Positions 62,300-64,000 of a stretch of 64,000 nt of DNA are shown piece after piece. The DNA is from Haliotis rubra. Its lineage: Eukaryota. The notes beneath the pieces are model-generated. The model was not told where the DNA came from, made no database searches, and worked only from the letters and a program-made list of their open reading frames with translations. The stretch's first letter is position 1, and every line of letters starts with the position of its first letter. The stretch lies in the NCBI RefSeq assembly GCF_003918875.1, contig NW_025765558.1, positions 1,240,001 through 1,304,000 on the forward strand, in the 5' to 3' direction. Made by a program: the position numbers and the translations under genes.

Positions 62300-63360
62300 T
62301 CACGTGAGTTACTCGAAGGTAACTGGCTATGTGACCGTTATTGAAGGACATTAGATAATCGATATGCCTGAAGCTTGAGTTGAACATTTAGATCAAATTA
62401 CCTTGCTTTGCTTACTCGAGTGGAAGTTGCACATGCATAAAAACAGATCAGCTAGAATTAGTGCTCGTGGCGATGTGTTCGTCTTGCCTTAATGTCATAA
62501 ACACAAACTTTACATGAAAATTGCCAATGATGCAGTATAGCATTTCACAGTGCGCTTCAGATGGCATTTGATTTCATTTATGACACATTGTCATAAATCT
62601 CTGAAGATATCTAACCATACTGTATATATGGTCACCATGTTTAACTTTCCCTTATGTTCGTGAAATGCTTTAAAGATCACATATACTCCAGGGGGGTACA
62701 AATACATAAATCTCTATTTGGCATCGTTGTAAATGAAACCCCGTCATTAAAACTACTCATTTCGATCTTTAATTAACTTAAATCGACCTTTGTGACAGCA
62801 GTGCACAATTCACACCCGCGAACGAAATTTCAATTAATCAGAGGAGCGCGTCTCCGTGAAGTAATGTGACGAATATATATAAGGGCTGATGTAGAATTCA
62901 TGTACATTTCAGGGAGGAAATTATCTTGTTTACAGGTTTGTATAAACCTGAAATCGTGACAATTGTTGTGAAAAATGAAAGCTACATGTTTTCACAATCC
63001 ACTGTCATTTAATTTTGTCACCTGCTTTGCCTAGCTTCCGAGTTACAACTTGTTTTCATAGACGATTCTAATGCCTGGATTGTATAATGACTGATCCAAT
63101 TTGATCCCATTTCTGTGGGTTTTTTACCTCGATATTTAATCATGTCATGTAAAATTATGACGTCTATTACGCATGATATAAAAATTGACATTTGATTTAT
63201 TTGAATCCGTAAACTAAACAACCCAACTTTGCCATTGCTAGAAGAATCTGAAAAATTTTCACATGCAATTAAAATTGCATGCAATACAGCAAGTAATACT
63301 CCCTTGTTGTAACCCGTGTTAGGTGGTATAAACCCACACATATTACTTGTCATCATTCAC
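62300..63360 (-). pseudogene. Probable decayed HN-like N-terminal part (type II TM, stalk, first blades)
   Basis: ORF 63018-63356 has a short N-terminus then hydrophobic VLLAVLHAILIAC. Downstream: FYISPYIYSSH and LCICTP. Confidence 0.4.
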
Positions 63361-64000
63361 TTGATGGTCAGCTCATGAATCTATAACAAGTATTATTAGT
63401 GGTAACATCACTTAGATTACCCGACAAAGGTTCCCATTTGGCATTTCTTGTGTCTGGAGTAAATACTCAACATTATAAATAAAAGTCTGATGTGGAAAAT
63501 GTATTGCATGTTATGTAATATGCGCATGGAAGTGCAGCGAGAAGAATTATCAGCCGAGTTACAAAAACAAACATCGATCAAAGGATTAACCGATAACACG
63601 CTGATTGTTTAATTACTTTTATCTTGTACAGCGGATTTGTGAAAAGGTAGTGTTTATGTATGTAGATTTACTAACCTATACTGAATACACTCTGTCGTAA
63701 AGTGTCTATGTAAAATCAACGTCCTTCTTTCAAAGGATTAACCGCCAATACATTGATTGATTGCTCATTATTGGCTAACTAAATTACTTTTTTTAAAGAA
63801 TGGCGGACATTATGCAGTTAGTTGCCAGGTTTGCTATCTTGGGTGACCAATGAGACTATACACCAATGTGAAAAACCTGAAACGATATATCACTTTTTTG
63901 CATATTAGACTTGGAACAGCTGCAGATAAATGGCATATCACCCGTTTACGTGGATATTGATGGACACATTCCTCGAACAAGGTAATAGCCTGTGGTGTTC

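Noticed and set aside
63018-63400. RNase H-like LLAVLHAIL..FSDS
   Set aside because: The catalytic D/E residues are not properly placed. A type II transmembrane segment of an HN-like protein fits the context better, though this is uncertain.
1-64000. CRISPR array, functional tRNA genes or an intact host gene
   Set aside because: There is no regularly spaced direct repeat and no cas gene, the tRNA-like segments are SINE heads, and no long ORF or credible exon chain is visible. The region lying inside a large intron cannot be excluded.

Overview
AT-rich eukaryotic genomic DNA with no intact protein-coding gene. The SINE families resemble, from memory, those of gastropod molluscs such as abalone (Haliotis); this assignment is unverified. 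Manual translation across stops and frameshifts suggests that much of the non-SINE sequence (about 0.5-48.5 kb, 52.5-57.7 kb and 58-63.4 kb) is a dense head-to-tail patchwork of 0.3-1.4 kb decayed fragments resembling paramyxovirus structural genes. Roughly 15-20 mutually divergent pieces resemble the HN/H/G attachment protein (beta-propeller). There are also several F (fusion) pieces, two different M (matrix) pieces and one N (nucleoprotein) piece. No convincing L polymerase was found. Almost all fragments lie on the minus strand. Part of the array has been amplified by ~11-14 kb tandem segmental duplications and later interrupted by SINEs, one LINE 3' end and MITEs. The locus looks like an endogenous paramyxovirus-like element cluster, possibly a piRNA-cluster-type antiviral archive, in an invertebrate. 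All homology calls come from by-eye motif matching to viral proteins recalled from memory and need HMM or structure confirmation. Coordinates of decayed fragments are approximate.
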